From the NCBI GenBank assembly GCA_965248755.1, contig OZ252149.1, positions 576,001 through 640,000 of the forward strand: DNA of 64,000 bases, in the 5' to 3' direction. A program made the translations under genes and the position numbers. Below the pieces are notes generated by a model. The model was not told the origin of the DNA, did not search any database, and saw nothing but the letters and a program-made list of their open reading frames with translations. Numbering within the stretch: position 1 is the first letter of the stretch; each line of letters begins with the position of its first letter. Positions 1-10,384 of the stretch are shown in pieces. This DNA comes from Candidatus Latescibacterota bacterium. GTDB lineage: Bacteria; Latescibacterota; CBDEFO01.

Positions 1-3000
1 GATGGATTGGGCAATATCTATATTGCAGATACGGGTAGTCACCGGTTACATAAGGTGGATACGTTAGGCATCATCTCCACCGTGGCAGGAGATGGCACTG
101 CTGCATTTTCCGGTGATGGCGGTCCAGCTACCAGTGCGTGGTTGAGCCTGCCTCGTGGCGTATTTGTGGATGGATCTGGCAATATCTATATTGCGGATTA
201 TAACAATCAGCGGATACGTAAGGTGGATACGTCGGGCATCATCAATACTGTGGCCGGAAATGGCACTGGTGGATTTTCCGGTGATGGAGGTCCGGCAACC
301 AGTGCGAGCTTGAATTTTCCTGTTGGCGTATTCGTGGATGGATTGGGCAATATCTATTTTGCGGATAGTAGCAATCATCGGATACGCAAGGTGGATACGT
401 CGGGCAACATCTTCACCGTGGCAGGAAGCGGGGGTACTGGTTTTGGCGCCGGTGGATTTTCCGGTGATGGAGGTCCGGCAGCAAGTGCGAGCTTGAATTT
501 TCCTAATGGCGTATTCGTGGATGGATTGGGCAATATCTATATTGCGGATAGCAATTATCGGATACGCAAGGTGGAGCCTGCGCCCGATATAGCTGTGAGT
601 CCGGGTTCTCTGAATTTCGGTCTTGTAGAAGCGGGAGTCCAGAAGTCAGATACTTTGACGGTGAGCAACGCCGGTTATGATACGCTGAGAATCTCCAGCA
701 TTACTACAAATACGTCCCCTCAACCGTTTGATGCATTCCCAGTTGGTCCATTGCCGGCAGCTGTCCCTCCGGGCGCATTAATGAAGATCGTGGTTCAGTT
801 CCGGCCTCCTTTTGTAGCTACCGTTAGCACCTTTACCGATACTGTGAAGATTACCAGCAACGACCCGGACACTGGTATTTTTAGAGTTCCTCTGATCGGA
901 CAGAGCCCTTCACCTAATATAGTTGTTAATCCGACTTCCCTGAACTTTGGTCCTGTGGACGTGGGCGCTTCCAAATCAGATAGTGTGGTGGTGACAAATA
1001 GCGGAACGGATACACTGAATATCTCCACCATCTCTACCTCTCTGCCGTTTAGTGCGCTCCCAATTGGCCCATTAGTTGTCCTTGCGGGCGGATCGTCCAC
1101 GATCGAGGTTCGCTTCGAACCCGGTAATGTGGGGGTATTTAGTGATAGTTTAACTATCAACAGCAATGACCTGGATAGTCCTGTTGTTAAAGTCCCTCTG
1201 CTTGGATTTGTCCCTCAAGCTGCTGAACCGAGCATCATCACCACCGTGGCAGGAGATGGGTTCAGTGATGTGTTTGGGAACGGAAGGTTTTCCGGTGATG
1301 GAGGTCCAGCTACCAGTGCGAGTATGTTTAGTCCTAAGGGCGTAGCTGTGGATGAATTGGGAAATCTCTATATTGCGGATGAGAGAAATCACCGGATACG
1401 TAAGGTGGATACGTCGGGCAACATCTCCACCGTGGCGGGAAGCGGAACTGCTACTTTTGGTGGATTTTCCGGTGATGGTGGTCCAGCTACCAGTGCGAGC
1501 TTGGCGTTTCCTAATGACGTATTTGTGGATGGATCTGGCAATATCTATATTGCGGATACAGTCAATAACCGGATACGTAAGGTGGATACATCTGGCATCA
1601 TCTCCACCGTGGCAGGAAATGGTATTCTTGCATTTTCCGGTGATGGTGGTCCAGCTACCAGTGCGAGCTTGTTTTTCCCTAATGACGTATTTGTGGATGG
1701 ATCTGGCAATATCTATATTGCGGATACAGAAAATAATCGGATACGTAAGGTGGATGCGTTGGGCATCATCTCCACTGTGGCAGGAAGTGGCACTTTTGGA
1801 GATCTCGGTGACGGGGGTCAAGCTACCAGTGCAACTTTGAGAGTTCCACGTGACTTATTCGTGGATGGATTAGGCAATATCTATATTGCGGATAATAGCA
1901 ATCAGCGGATACGTAAGGTGGATACGTCGGGCATCATCTCCACTGTGGCAGGAGGTGGCACTTTTGGAGTTCTCGGTGACGGGGGTCCAGCTACCAGTGC
2001 GTACTTGGGGGGTCCTGTTAGCGTATTCGTGGGTGGATTGGGCAATATCTATATTGCGACTGTGAACGATAACCGGATACGTAAGGTGGATACGTCTGGC
2101 ATCATCTCCACCGTGGCAGGAAATGGCATTGCTGCATTTTCCGGTGATGGAGGTCCAGCTACCAGTGCGAGCTTGGATCGCCCTACTGGCGTATTCGTGG
2201 ATGGATTGGCCAAAATCTATATTGCGGATTCGGTAAATAACCGGATACGTCTGGTGAGGTTTGGGCCCATTATAGCTGTTAATCCTCCTTCTGTGAACTT
2301 CGGTAATGTGAAAGTGGGAGGTGGCAAGGTAGATACTGTGGAGGTGAATAATACAGGGATTGGCACCTTGAGTATCTCTAGCTTCTCTACCTTTGCACCG
2401 TTCAGTGCAGTCTCAATTGGCCCAGTATCTGTGCCTCCGGAAGGATTGTCCGAGATCGAGGTCACATTCCAACCCGGTTCTGTGGGCGCATTTAACGATA
2501 CATTGACTATCAACAGTAACGATCCGGAAAGTCCTGTTGTCAAAGTCCCTCTGAGCGGAATAGGCTTTGTCCAGCCTCCTGTTGGTGATCTTTCCAACAC
2601 TAAGATCGCCTTTCGCTCAGACCGCGATGGCAACAATGAAATCTACGTGATGGACGCAGATGGCAGAAACCTGATCAAGCTGACCAACGACCCGGGGAGT
2701 GACGGGGGGCCTAGTTGGTCACCTGACGGAACGAAGATCGCCTTTGTGTCAGAACGCGATCTCAACAGCGAGATCTACAAGATGGACGCAAACGGGACAA
2801 ACCTGCTCAATCTGACCAACGACCCGGCCAGTGACGGGCGGCCTAGTTGGTCACCCGACGGGACAAAGATTGCCTTTAATTCAGACCGCAATGGCAACAA
2901 TCAAATCTACGTGATGGACCCTGACGGGCTAAACCAAACAAGACTGACAAACAACCCGGATAATGACAGGCATCCTAATTGGTCACCTGACGGAACGAAG

Positions 3001-5397
3001 ATCGCCTTTGTGTCAGACCGCAATGGCAACAATCAAATCTACGTGATGGGTGCTGACGGCTTGAACCAAACAAGAGTGACAACCAACTCGGCCAATGACG
3101 GGGGGCCTAGTTGGTCACCTGACGGAACTAAGATCGCCTTTGACTCAGACCGCGAAGGCAACACACAGATCTACGTGATGGACCCTGACGGGCTAAACCA
3201 AACAAGACTGACAAACAACACGGCTAATGACGGGCAGCCTAGTTGGTCACCTGACGGAACGAAGATCGCCTTTTTCTCAAACCGAGATGGTGACGAGGAG
3301 ATCTACGTGATGGACCCTGACGGGCTAAACCAAACAGAACTGACAGGCAACTCGATCCGTGACGATCAGCCTTCTTGGTCGTCGTTCCTGCCTTCTCCTG
3401 GGCCCAAGATAGCTGTAAATCCGGATTCCGTGAACTTCGGCACTGTGTCAGTAGGTGGTTCTAAGTTGGACACAGTGATGGTGAACAATGCAGGAGGTGA
3501 CACGCTTGATATAACTGGCCTTTCTCCGGCACCGCCTTCGCTGCCGTTCAGTGCGTCCTTGATAGGCCCAAACAGAATCGCTCCGGGCGGATTCACTAAA
3601 ATCGAGGTTAAGTTCCAACCCGATTCTGTGAGGGTATTTAGCGATAGTTTGACTATAATCAGCAACGACCCGGATAGTCCTGTCAAAGTTCCTCTGACTG
3701 GAGAGGGCGCACTTAATCCTGGACCCGATATATCCAATGTATTCCCTTCCAGAGATCTCGTTCCAATCGGCGCTCATGTGCGGATCTTCGCTGATGTGAC
3801 CGATGAAGACGGCGTAGCCTCGGTGACAGCCAATATCTTCGACGCGAACGATGCGGGCTTTACTCCTGCGCAGTTGACGCTCTTCAATGACGGGGAGCAT
3901 AAAGATGGGCTACCCGGAGACAGGTTGTGGGGAAGCGAGCCCTGGCCTACTCCCGCCGATCGTCCCCGTGAGTTCCTTGTGAACATCTTGGCGGCTGACA
4001 GCTTGGGCGCAGAGAGCCATGCAGACAGCGCCGCCTCGTTTGCGACAGCCGACTCCTCAATCTTTGTCACTGTGGGAGCGGGAGATGAAATCGCAGGCCC
4101 CGGCGGTCAAGCGGAAGTTTCTATCTTTGCTTCTAATCTAACAGGTCAAAACGTGCTATCAGGCGAGATAACGCTCGGTTTCGATCCAGCCCTTGTGCAA
4201 TTTGTGAGAGCATTTCCGGGACAACAACCTATCGAAGGTTTCGACTCTAACTCCCCAGAGCCCGGTAAAGCTATAGTAGTCTTTGCCTCAACGTCCCCGC
4301 TTCTTGATACTCCAGATAGTACCTTAGCAGTTGTGCTATTCCAAGTAAACCCCAATGCACCGTTAGGTTCAAGCATGCGCGTATCTGTGGAACAAGCCAA
4401 CCTGAACGAGGGATTTCCTCCTATAGTCACGTTTGATGGAACTGTCACCGTTAAACTTGTTGGAGACCTCAGCAGAAACGGTGAGGTTAAGGCTTTCGAT
4501 GTTTCACTAATGCTGATGCACCTGGTTGAAATTAAAAATGTAATAGATGAATTCTTTGGCGGTGATGTAGGACTATTCGTTGCGATCTCCGACGTGACTC
4601 GCAATGGGGGAGTAACGTCTTTTGACGCTGCTCGGGTACTCCAATTTTTGGTCGGAAAGATCCCGGGACTCCCATTCCACGGGCACGATAGTATTCCGAA
4701 AGCCGTGGATGTTGCTGCTCGTACAGTTAGCATCTCGGATCGATTTGAATTATCTGATGACACTATAAAGTTCCCTCTCTCCATAGACGATATGTCAGGA
4801 GTGCTCGGAGCGGATATATCCCTAAGCTACGACGCATCGAGACTGAAGCCAGTAGGTGTATCTCCTTCAGATATGTTGTCCTCATTTATGTTCCAAAGCA
4901 ACATAGAGGACAACGAGGTTAAGATAGCCTTTGCCTCCGCAGAAGGAGTAGAAGGCAGCGGAGACGTAGCCTACATCGAGTTTGAGATCATCCCTGGTGC
5001 GGGTGACAACCTAGGTGATGACCTGTTGAAGATCTCAGACGTCCAACTCAACGAGGGGTTGATCCCCGTAGTAATTGAGCAGACGGAACTATCGTTGGCT
5101 GTCATTCCCGAAGTCTACGCCCTCTCTCAGAACTATCCTAATCCCTTCAACCCTGAGACAGTGATACATTATGATCTCCCTGTGAGAAGCCGCGTTGACA
5201 TCTCTGTCTTCAACCTGATAGGGCAGAAGGTAGCAACGTTGGTGGCCGTAGAAATGGATGCGGGGAGTCACTCTGTGGTATGGAACGCTAAAGATAGCAA
5301 CGGTGAGAACCTTGCCAGCGGAGTTTATCTCTATCGCATGGAAGCGGGTGGATCGGAAACATTTGTTCGGACGAGGAAGCTGATACTGTTGAGATAG
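1..5397 (+). CDS. Large secreted modular protein (5' partial): NHL repeats, ASH/choice-of-anchor-D Ig domains, TolB-like PD40 repeats, choice-of-anchor-X-like motif, cohesin-dockerin-cohesin, FlgD-Ig/T9SS-like C-terminal domain
   Basis: Open frame from base 1. Repeated GNIYIADxxNxRIRKVD...FSGDGGPATSA (NHL), PSWSPDGTKIAF repeats (PD40), dockerin-like GDLSRNGEVKAFD...DVTRNGGVTSFD, and C-terminal QNYPNPFNP...ASGVYLYRM...RKLILLR. Confidence 0.9.
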   Translation, partial: DGLGNIYIADTGSHRLHKVDTLGIISTVAGDGTAAFSGDGGPATSAWLSLPRGVFVDGSGNIYIADYNNQRIRKVDTSGIINTVAGNGTGGFSGDGGPATSASLNFPVGVFVDGLGNIYFADSSNHRIRKVDTSGNIFTVAGSGGTGFGAGGFSGDGGPAASASLNFPNGVFVDGLGNIYIADSNYRIRKVEPAPDIAVSPGSLNFGLVEAGVQKSDTLTVSNAGYDTLRISSITTNTSPQPFDAFPVGPLPAAVPPGALMKIVVQFRPPFVATVSTFTDTVKITSNDPDTGIFRVPLIGQSPSPNIVVNPTSLNFGPVDVGASKSDSVVVTNSGTDTLNISTISTSLPFSALPIGPLVVLAGGSSTIEVRFEPGNVGVFSDSLTINSNDLDSPVVKVPLLGFVPQAAEPSIITTVAGDGFSDVFGNGRFSGDGGPATSASMFSPKGVAVDELGNLYIADERNHRIRKVDTSGNISTVAGSGTATFGGFSGDGGPATSASLAFPNDVFVDGSGNIYIADTVNNRIRKVDTSGIISTVAGNGILAFSGDGGPATSASLFFPNDVFVDGSGNIYIADTENNRIRKVDALGIISTVAGSGTFGDLGDGGQATSATLRVPRDLFVDGLGNIYIADNSNQRIRKVDTSGIISTVAGGGTFGVLGDGGPATSAYLGGPVSVFVGGLGNIYIATVNDNRIRKVDTSGIISTVAGNGIAAFSGDGGPATSASLDRPTGVFVDGLAKIYIADSVNNRIRLVRFGPIIAVNPPSVNFGNVKVGGGKVDTVEVNNTGIGTLSISSFSTFAPFSAVSIGPVSVPPEGLSEIEVTFQPGSVGAFNDTLTINSNDPESPVVKVPLSGIGFVQPPVGDLSNTKIAFRSDRDGNNEIYVMDADGRNLIKLTNDPGSDGGPSWSPDGTKIAFVSERDLNSEIYKMDANGTNLLNLTNDPASDGRPSWSPDGTKIAFNSDRNGNNQIYVMDPDGLNQTRLTNNPDNDRHPNWSPDGTKIAFVSDRNGNNQIYVMGADGLNQTRVTTNSANDGGPSWSPDGTKIAFDSDREGNTQIYVMDPDGLNQTRLTNNTANDGQPSWSPDGTKIAFFSNRDGDEEIYVMDPDGLNQTELTGNSIRDDQPSWSSFLPSPGPKIAVNPDSVNFGTVSVGGSKLDTVMVNNAGGDTLDITGLSPAPPSLPFSASLIGPNRIAPGGFTKIEVKFQPDSVRVFSDSLTIISNDPDSPVKVPLTGEGALNPGPDISNVFPSRDLVPIGAHVRIFADVTDEDGVASVTANIFDANDAGFTPAQLTLFNDGEHKDGLPGDRLWGSEPWPTPADRPREFLVNILAADSLGAESHADSAASFATADSSIFVTVGAGDEIAGPGGQAEVSIFASNLTGQNVLSGEITLGFDPALVQFVRAFPGQQPIEGFDSNSPEPGKAIVVFASTSPLLDTPDSTLAVVLFQVNPNAPLGSSMRVSVEQANLNEGFPPIVTFDGTVTVKLVGDLSRNGEVKAFDVSLMLMHLVEIKNVIDEFFGGDVGLFVAISDVTRNGGVTSFDAARVLQFLVGKIPGLPFHGHDSIPKAVDVAARTVSISDRFELSDDTIKFPLSIDDMSGVLGADISLSYDASRLKPVGVSPSDMLSSFMFQSNIEDNEVKIAFASAEGVEGSGDVAYIEFEIIPGAGDNLGDDLLKISDVQLNEGLIPVVIEQTELSLAVIPEVYALSQNYPNPFNPETVIHYDLPVRSRVDISVFNLIGQKVATLVAVEMDAGSHSVVWNAKDSNGENLASGVYLYRMEAGGSETFVRTRKLILLR

Positions 5398-5431
5398 GCT
5401 CCTTTCCTGCATGTCTCCAAATCTCTAAATT

Positions 5432-5460
5432 AGGCTCAGTCCATTCGGACTGGGCCTTTT
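5432..5460 (+). terminator. Rho-independent terminator
   Basis: AGGCTCAGTCC-ATTC-GGACTGGGCCT hairpin followed by a T tract, 35 bp after the stop codon. Confidence 0.8.
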
Positions 5461-5548
5461 CGTTTGTCCATAAGCTTGATTTTTGCGCTATGTATCGTTA
5501 CATTTTTGGGCGGAATACCGCTTTACTGAATAGCCCCGCCATTTTAGC

Positions 5549-5577
5549 TTGACACAATTGCGTTAATTGATTAACTT
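5549..5577 (+). promoter_or_regulatory. Sigma70-type promoter for dapA
   Basis: TTGACA-17 bp-TAACTT upstream of dapA. Confidence 0.6.
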
Positions 5578-5643
5578 GAATACTGTGAAAATTCCTCTTT
5601 AATAAATGCCCTTCAATTCTTATTAGATAAGGCAGGTGAAAAG

Positions 5644-6525
5644 ATGCTGAATCTGAGAGGATCGTTTGTCGCCCTCGTCACGCCCTTTAAAGATGGAAGG
5701 CCGAATGAAAAGAAGCTCGGGGAACAGGTCGAATTCCACATCGAAAACGGGACGGACGGCATAGTCCCCTGCGGGACAACGGGCGAATCTGCCACTATGA
5801 CTCACGAGGAGCACCACAGGGTGACGGAAGCCATAATCGAGGCTGCCAACGGCAGAATATCCATTCTCGCCGGAACGGGCTCCAACAACACGGAGGAGGC
5901 CCTGACCCTCACAAAGCACGCCAAAGCTGCCGGAGCCGACGGGGCGCTTCTGGTCAGCCCATACTACAATAAGCCCACGCAGGAGGGCATCTTTCAGCAC
6001 TACAAGAAGATCAACGACGAAATCGATTTTCCTTTAGTCCTCTACAACGTCCCCGGCAGGACGTCCAGCAACATACTCCCTGAGACCACAGCCAGGCTCT
6101 CTGTTCTTTCAAACATAGTCGGCATAAAAGAGGCCAGCGGCGATTTGAACCAGATCTCCACGGTGGTGCTAAAATCCTCGTCCGACTTTGCCGTTATCTC
6201 CGGCGACGACATGCTCACTTTGCCCATACTCTCCGTCGGAGGCAGTGGCATCATTTCAGTTGTCGCCAATATAGCTCCCAAAGAGGTTGCCGATATGGTC
6301 AGGCACTGGGAGAACGGAAAGTTCGACGAAGCCCTTAAACTCCACAAGAAACTCCTTTCACTTTCACAGGCAATGTTCTTCGAGACCAGCCCTGGCCCAG
6401 TCAAAACAGCAATGAACCTTTTGGGGATGGACGCCGGAGAACTGAGACTTCCCCTTTACAGGATGTCTGAGGATAATCTCAAAAAACTCAAAGCCGCAAT
6501 GAGAGAATTCGGCTTTTCCATCTGA
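5644..6525 (+). CDS. dapA: 4-hydroxy-tetrahydrodipicolinate synthase
   Basis: ALVTPF, GTTGES, PYYNKPTQEG, LYNVPGRT and GIKEASG (Schiff-base Lys) motifs. Confidence 0.97.
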   Translation: MLNLRGSFVALVTPFKDGRPNEKKLGEQVEFHIENGTDGIVPCGTTGESATMTHEEHHRVTEAIIEAANGRISILAGTGSNNTEEALTLTKHAKAAGADGALLVSPYYNKPTQEGIFQHYKKINDEIDFPLVLYNVPGRTSSNILPETTARLSVLSNIVGIKEASGDLNQISTVVLKSSSDFAVISGDDMLTLPILSVGGSGIISVVANIAPKEVADMVRHWENGKFDEALKLHKKLLSLSQAMFFETSPGPVKTAMNLLGMDAGELRLPLYRMSEDNLKKLKAAMREFGFSI

Positions 6526-6553
6526 TAACCTCAGGGAATCAGATTCAAGACAC

Positions 6554-6596
6554 AAAAGCGTCAGGTTCTTGATGAGACCCGGCGCTTTTGGCTTTT
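6554..6596 (+). terminator. Probable terminator hairpin after dapA
   Basis: AAAAGCGTCAGGTTC...GACCCGGCGCTTTTG inverted repeat followed by T-rich sequence. Confidence 0.55.
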
Positions 6597-6756
6597 AAGA
6601 TAAGAAGGAGAGATGGAAGTTGGCCACCAACCCCCCTTTAATTCCCCCCTTGTTAAGGGGGGATATAGGGGCGTGGCTTGCTACCTCCCCATCAAAGCGG
6701 CCACGCCGCCTAATTTTAATAGCTTTGTGCCTTAATAGCTGAAAGGAGAAGTCCCG

Positions 6757-7560
6757 ATGACAAGAGTGGTCGTCTGTGGGGTAGCCGGAAGGATGGGTGT
6801 GAGGCTGTCCAATCTCATCCTCGAAAGCGACGACCTGGAACTTGTGGGCGGGACGGAAACTCCAGGTCACAGCGCTATAGGCGCCGACATCGGAGAGACC
6901 GTCGGCGCCGGTAATTTAGGGATAAGTGTCTCTGACAATTTGGAGGAAATTACATCCCGGGCCGACGTAGTCACCAACTTCACCGCGCCCCGTGCCACAG
7001 TCGAAGCCGCCGAAATCTGCGGGAGAACTGGTGTGGCCATGGTGGTCGGCACCACGGGACTGGACGAAAGCCAACTTTCGCAGTTTAAGAGGGCCGTATC
7101 CAACATCCCATGCGCCTTTGCTCCCAACTTCAGCGTCGGAGTCAATCTCCTTTTCAAGCTCGTAAAAGAGGCATCGCAGATACTTGGTGACGCCTACGAT
7201 GTTGAGATAATAGAGACGCATCACAACCTCAAGAAGGACGCCCCCAGCGGCACTGCCGCCAAATTAGCCCAAATAGTCGCAGAAGCATTAAAAAGAGACC
7301 TTTCCGACTCTACTGTCTACGGTAGAGAAGGCATGATAGGTGAGCGCACCCAACAAGAGATAGGCATCCACGCTGTAAGGGCAGGAGACATAGTCGGCGA
7401 ACACACTGTCCTCTTCGGAGGCACAGGTGAGAGCATCCAGCTTCTGCATAGAGCCCAGAGCAGAGACTCCTTCGCCACAGGAGCTTTAAGGGCTGTGAGA
7501 TTCGTGGCAAGAGCAGAACCCGGACTCTACGATATGACAGATGTGTTAGGGATAAAATAA
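6757..7560 (+). CDS. dapB: 4-hydroxy-tetrahydrodipicolinate reductase
   Basis: GVAGRMG, VVGTTG, APNFSVG, ETHHNLKKDAPSGTA and RAGDIVGEH motifs. Confidence 0.97.
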   Translation: MTRVVVCGVAGRMGVRLSNLILESDDLELVGGTETPGHSAIGADIGETVGAGNLGISVSDNLEEITSRADVVTNFTAPRATVEAAEICGRTGVAMVVGTTGLDESQLSQFKRAVSNIPCAFAPNFSVGVNLLFKLVKEASQILGDAYDVEIIETHHNLKKDAPSGTAAKLAQIVAEALKRDLSDSTVYGREGMIGERTQQEIGIHAVRAGDIVGEHTVLFGGTGESIQLLHRAQSRDSFATGALRAVRFVARAEPGLYDMTDVLGIK

Positions 7561-7602
7561 GTAGGCAGCAACGAGGGCATCCCTCCTCCTTCCCAATTAA
7601 AA

Positions 7603-7677
7603 AACAGACAAGAATGTCTGTTCTACCAATTACATTATCAACACACTCTTGTGGTGGGTCAGACATTCCTGTCTGAC
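7603..7677. repeat. REP-like palindrome pair (family A, GGTAG/GGTGG-AACAGACATTCTTGTCTG)
   Basis: AACAGACAAGAATGTCTGTTCTACC and GGTGGGTCAGACATTCCTGTCTGAC; related pairs at 40888-40950 and 59354-59417. Confidence 0.75.
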
Positions 7678-7718
7678 GAGGGAAGGGAAGCGGTGCCACT
7701 GTCCACTGACTACTGATT

Positions 7719-8996
7719 ATGATGGCAGCCTACAAAGACACAGCCTTCTTCGCAGTTGTTATAGCGCTATTTGCGGTCTATCTCACGGTATCTTTTCTCC
7801 TGAAAGACAGGAAACTTCCGGCAGGGATTCAGGATCTGATAGATTCTAAGATTCACTATGCCGCGATCGGGGCCCTCCTAATGGCGCTCCTGCCGGAGCC
7901 TATCCGACCATATTTTGGGCAGGGACGTGATTATATTCTCACGATTCTGGTAGGATGGATAGGATTCGATCTCGGAAGACATATCGAGCTCAGACGCCTC
8001 ACAAAGATATCGGGCTGGCTCTTTTCGACGATTACATTCCAGGCGCTATCAACTTTTACCCTCATCTTTCTGGCTCTCTACATTCCTATGCCTCAACTGC
8101 CCGGTGTCTTTGCACAACTGCTACCGTACAGGACTCAGATCGCCCTCGTCCTGGCTGCCGCCTCCTCCACAATGGCCGTCAGGAGAACTTTCCACGTCGA
8201 TTCCACAGGACCGGTCACCTCTTATCTGACAGAGGCTCCGCCTTTGGCAAACTGCTTGATAGTGCTGATTCTGACGGTATACACAGTCCTTTCACAGGAA
8301 AGGGGAGACATCATTATCAAAGAGATAGTAGTGTCTGGTTGGGTCGCAAAAATGGGGGTATCTGTGATCCTGGGCTTCGGTACAGGGATACTACTGGACA
8401 TGCTCTCCAGAGACGATCTGGACTACAAAAGGAAGACAGCACCGATGCTCGGCGCCCTCATCTTGGGATGCGGCCTTGCGGCTGCTCTCCGACTGCCCGT
8501 CATACTCATCGGACTCGTCTCAGGGGCCTGGCTTATCAACACTACGCTCAGGCGAAGAGAGGTCATTAACCTTGTAAATCCCCCGTCAACTTTCCTCGAA
8601 GGAATATTCATGATCCTTTGGGGGACCCTGATCGGTGAAAAAAGCGCGCCAAACCTTTACTTGGTCCTCGTTATGTCACTGCCCCTTTTTGCCGCAGCGG
8701 CAGTCGCCAAGATCCTAGGAGCCCACATAGGGGCATGGCTGTTCACCAGAGAAATTTCCAAAGGCAGAGAGGTCTTTGGACTGGGTCTCCTGCCCTGTGG
8801 GAGTATTTCGCTTGTTCTGGTTCTAATAGGCACAGATGCTCTGCCCATTCTCCCTCAGAACATAGCCCTAATCTCTATACTCACAGCGACGATACTCAGC
8901 CGGCTTGCTGCTCCTTATTCCATATTGACAGCTTTGACCAGGACCGGAGAGGTCAAAACGCAATATCAAGCTTCCAGACAAGCAGGTAGTAGATAG
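7719..8996 (+). CDS. Multi-pass membrane protein, cation:proton antiporter (Na+/H+ exchanger)-like
   Basis: Many hydrophobic segments; GWIGFDLG and GLGLLPCG motifs resemble the CPA family. Confidence 0.6.
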   Translation: MMAAYKDTAFFAVVIALFAVYLTVSFLLKDRKLPAGIQDLIDSKIHYAAIGALLMALLPEPIRPYFGQGRDYILTILVGWIGFDLGRHIELRRLTKISGWLFSTITFQALSTFTLIFLALYIPMPQLPGVFAQLLPYRTQIALVLAAASSTMAVRRTFHVDSTGPVTSYLTEAPPLANCLIVLILTVYTVLSQERGDIIIKEIVVSGWVAKMGVSVILGFGTGILLDMLSRDDLDYKRKTAPMLGALILGCGLAAALRLPVILIGLVSGAWLINTTLRRREVINLVNPPSTFLEGIFMILWGTLIGEKSAPNLYLVLVMSLPLFAAAAVAKILGAHIGAWLFTREISKGREVFGLGLLPCGSISLVLVLIGTDALPILPQNIALISILTATILSRLAAPYSILTALTRTGEVKTQYQASRQAGSR

Positions 8997-9039
8997 TAGG
9001 TAGATCGAACCATAACCTTAAAGATAAGGACAGCCCCCT

Positions 9040-10350
9040 TTGAGAAGTATTATTGTATTTGTCATAACGATTAGTTTAGCCTATCTGGGAAAAGAGAGCG
9101 GACTTTCTGGGTCTGCCGAACCCCTGTGGTCTTTGGGATGTCTCCTCATATTGGCGTCTGCAGTCGGATCTCTCCTTGGGAGAGTAAAGCTCCCCTTGAT
9201 CGCAGGATATGCCGCTGTCGGAATCGTACTTTCTTTTGGACCTGTGGGTATTGTTTCAAGGGGCATTGCAGACTATCTATCCCCTCTACTGGCCCTGTCC
9301 GCAGGCTGGATAGCTATGCACATCGGAGCGCAGCTTTACGGATCTTTACAGATATTCAGATGGAGAAACGCTCTAATTTCTCTCCTCCCACCTGTCGCCT
9401 CTTTCCTTGTGACTACAGTGCTCTTAAAGCTCATTTTTGCGGAGCTTCCCACTCCTTTATTACTGCTCCTTGGGACGGTAGCTTCTGTCCTTGCCCCGTT
9501 TGCTATCTTCTCCTTGCAGTCAGGCGGAGCGTCCACCGCACTGCTTGCATTCATTTCCCTTGGAACAGTCACATCCTTCATCGTCTGGTCTATCGTCGTA
9601 GCCCTGGTGCGAGCTGAGCATATCCAGGGACTTTCGCCGTACCAGATTGCTCTCCCATCTGTCGCCATTTTCGGCTCGTTGCCTTTGGGGTTGATATTAG
9701 GAGAGATAGTGGGCACGTTCTACAGCAGCTTGAGGCGTCCTCCTGTCTATATTCTCCCATTTGTCGCTATCTTCCTCTCACAGATCCTATCGCAAATGAC
9801 AGGCACAGATCACATACTGGCATCTATGCTAGCTGGGATCTTTGCCGAAAGACGCTTAAGATCGGGAAAAGACGGAGGGATATCCTTGAACTCTGTGTTC
9901 CAAGCAAGCGAACCTGTGACGCAAACTTTTCTGGTCGTCACCTTTGGTGCACTTGGAGCCCAGATCCTTACTCCCAGCCCCCTGTACAGCCTCTGGAAAA
10001 TAGGCCTGGTCTATGTAATTTCCTCATCAGTTGGCAGAGCTGCAGGTGGCTTTATCGCAAGCAGGATGCTTACGTCCCGACCTTTGCAGGCGAGAGAGTT
10101 CTTGATCGGTTGTCTCCCACAGGGTGTTGTAGCGTTTCATCTCATTACGAAGACTCACGATACGATCTCTGAAATCTCCTCCTTGAGGGCATATTCAGAC
10201 ATATTTGTGACAACAGCCACAGCAGGTGTACTCATCGGAACCCTTATATTTTCCATCCCCGCGGGGTTTTTGATGAACTCAAGGTCGAACGTCAATTCCG
10301 TGAGGGACAAAGATGAGCTTCAGGAAGCCATGGAAACAGATAGGATATAA
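9040..10350 (+). CDS. Cation:proton antiporter-like membrane protein
   Basis: TTG start; KLPLIAGYAAVGI, IAMHIGAQL and LPQGVVA resemble CPA2/Kef-type exchangers. Confidence 0.65.
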   Translation: MRSIIVFVITISLAYLGKESGLSGSAEPLWSLGCLLILASAVGSLLGRVKLPLIAGYAAVGIVLSFGPVGIVSRGIADYLSPLLALSAGWIAMHIGAQLYGSLQIFRWRNALISLLPPVASFLVTTVLLKLIFAELPTPLLLLLGTVASVLAPFAIFSLQSGGASTALLAFISLGTVTSFIVWSIVVALVRAEHIQGLSPYQIALPSVAIFGSLPLGLILGEIVGTFYSSLRRPPVYILPFVAIFLSQILSQMTGTDHILASMLAGIFAERRLRSGKDGGISLNSVFQASEPVTQTFLVVTFGALGAQILTPSPLYSLWKIGLVYVISSSVGRAAGGFIASRMLTSRPLQAREFLIGCLPQGVVAFHLITKTHDTISEISSLRAYSDIFVTTATAGVLIGTLIFSIPAGFLMNSRSNVNSVRDKDELQEAMETDRI

Positions 10351-10384
10351 TAACGCAGTCAGTTCTTCTAAAATCCAAGACCTG

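Noticed and set aside
1..3400. Regularly spaced DNA repeats resembling a CRISPR array or DGR template/variable repeats
   Set aside because: They are in-frame NHL and PD40 protein repeats. There are no unique spacers, cas genes or reverse transcriptase in the window.
6630..6672. C-rich/G-rich hairpin between dapA and dapB as a lysine riboswitch
   Set aside because: Too short, with no L-box features visible; it looks like a generic palindromic repeat
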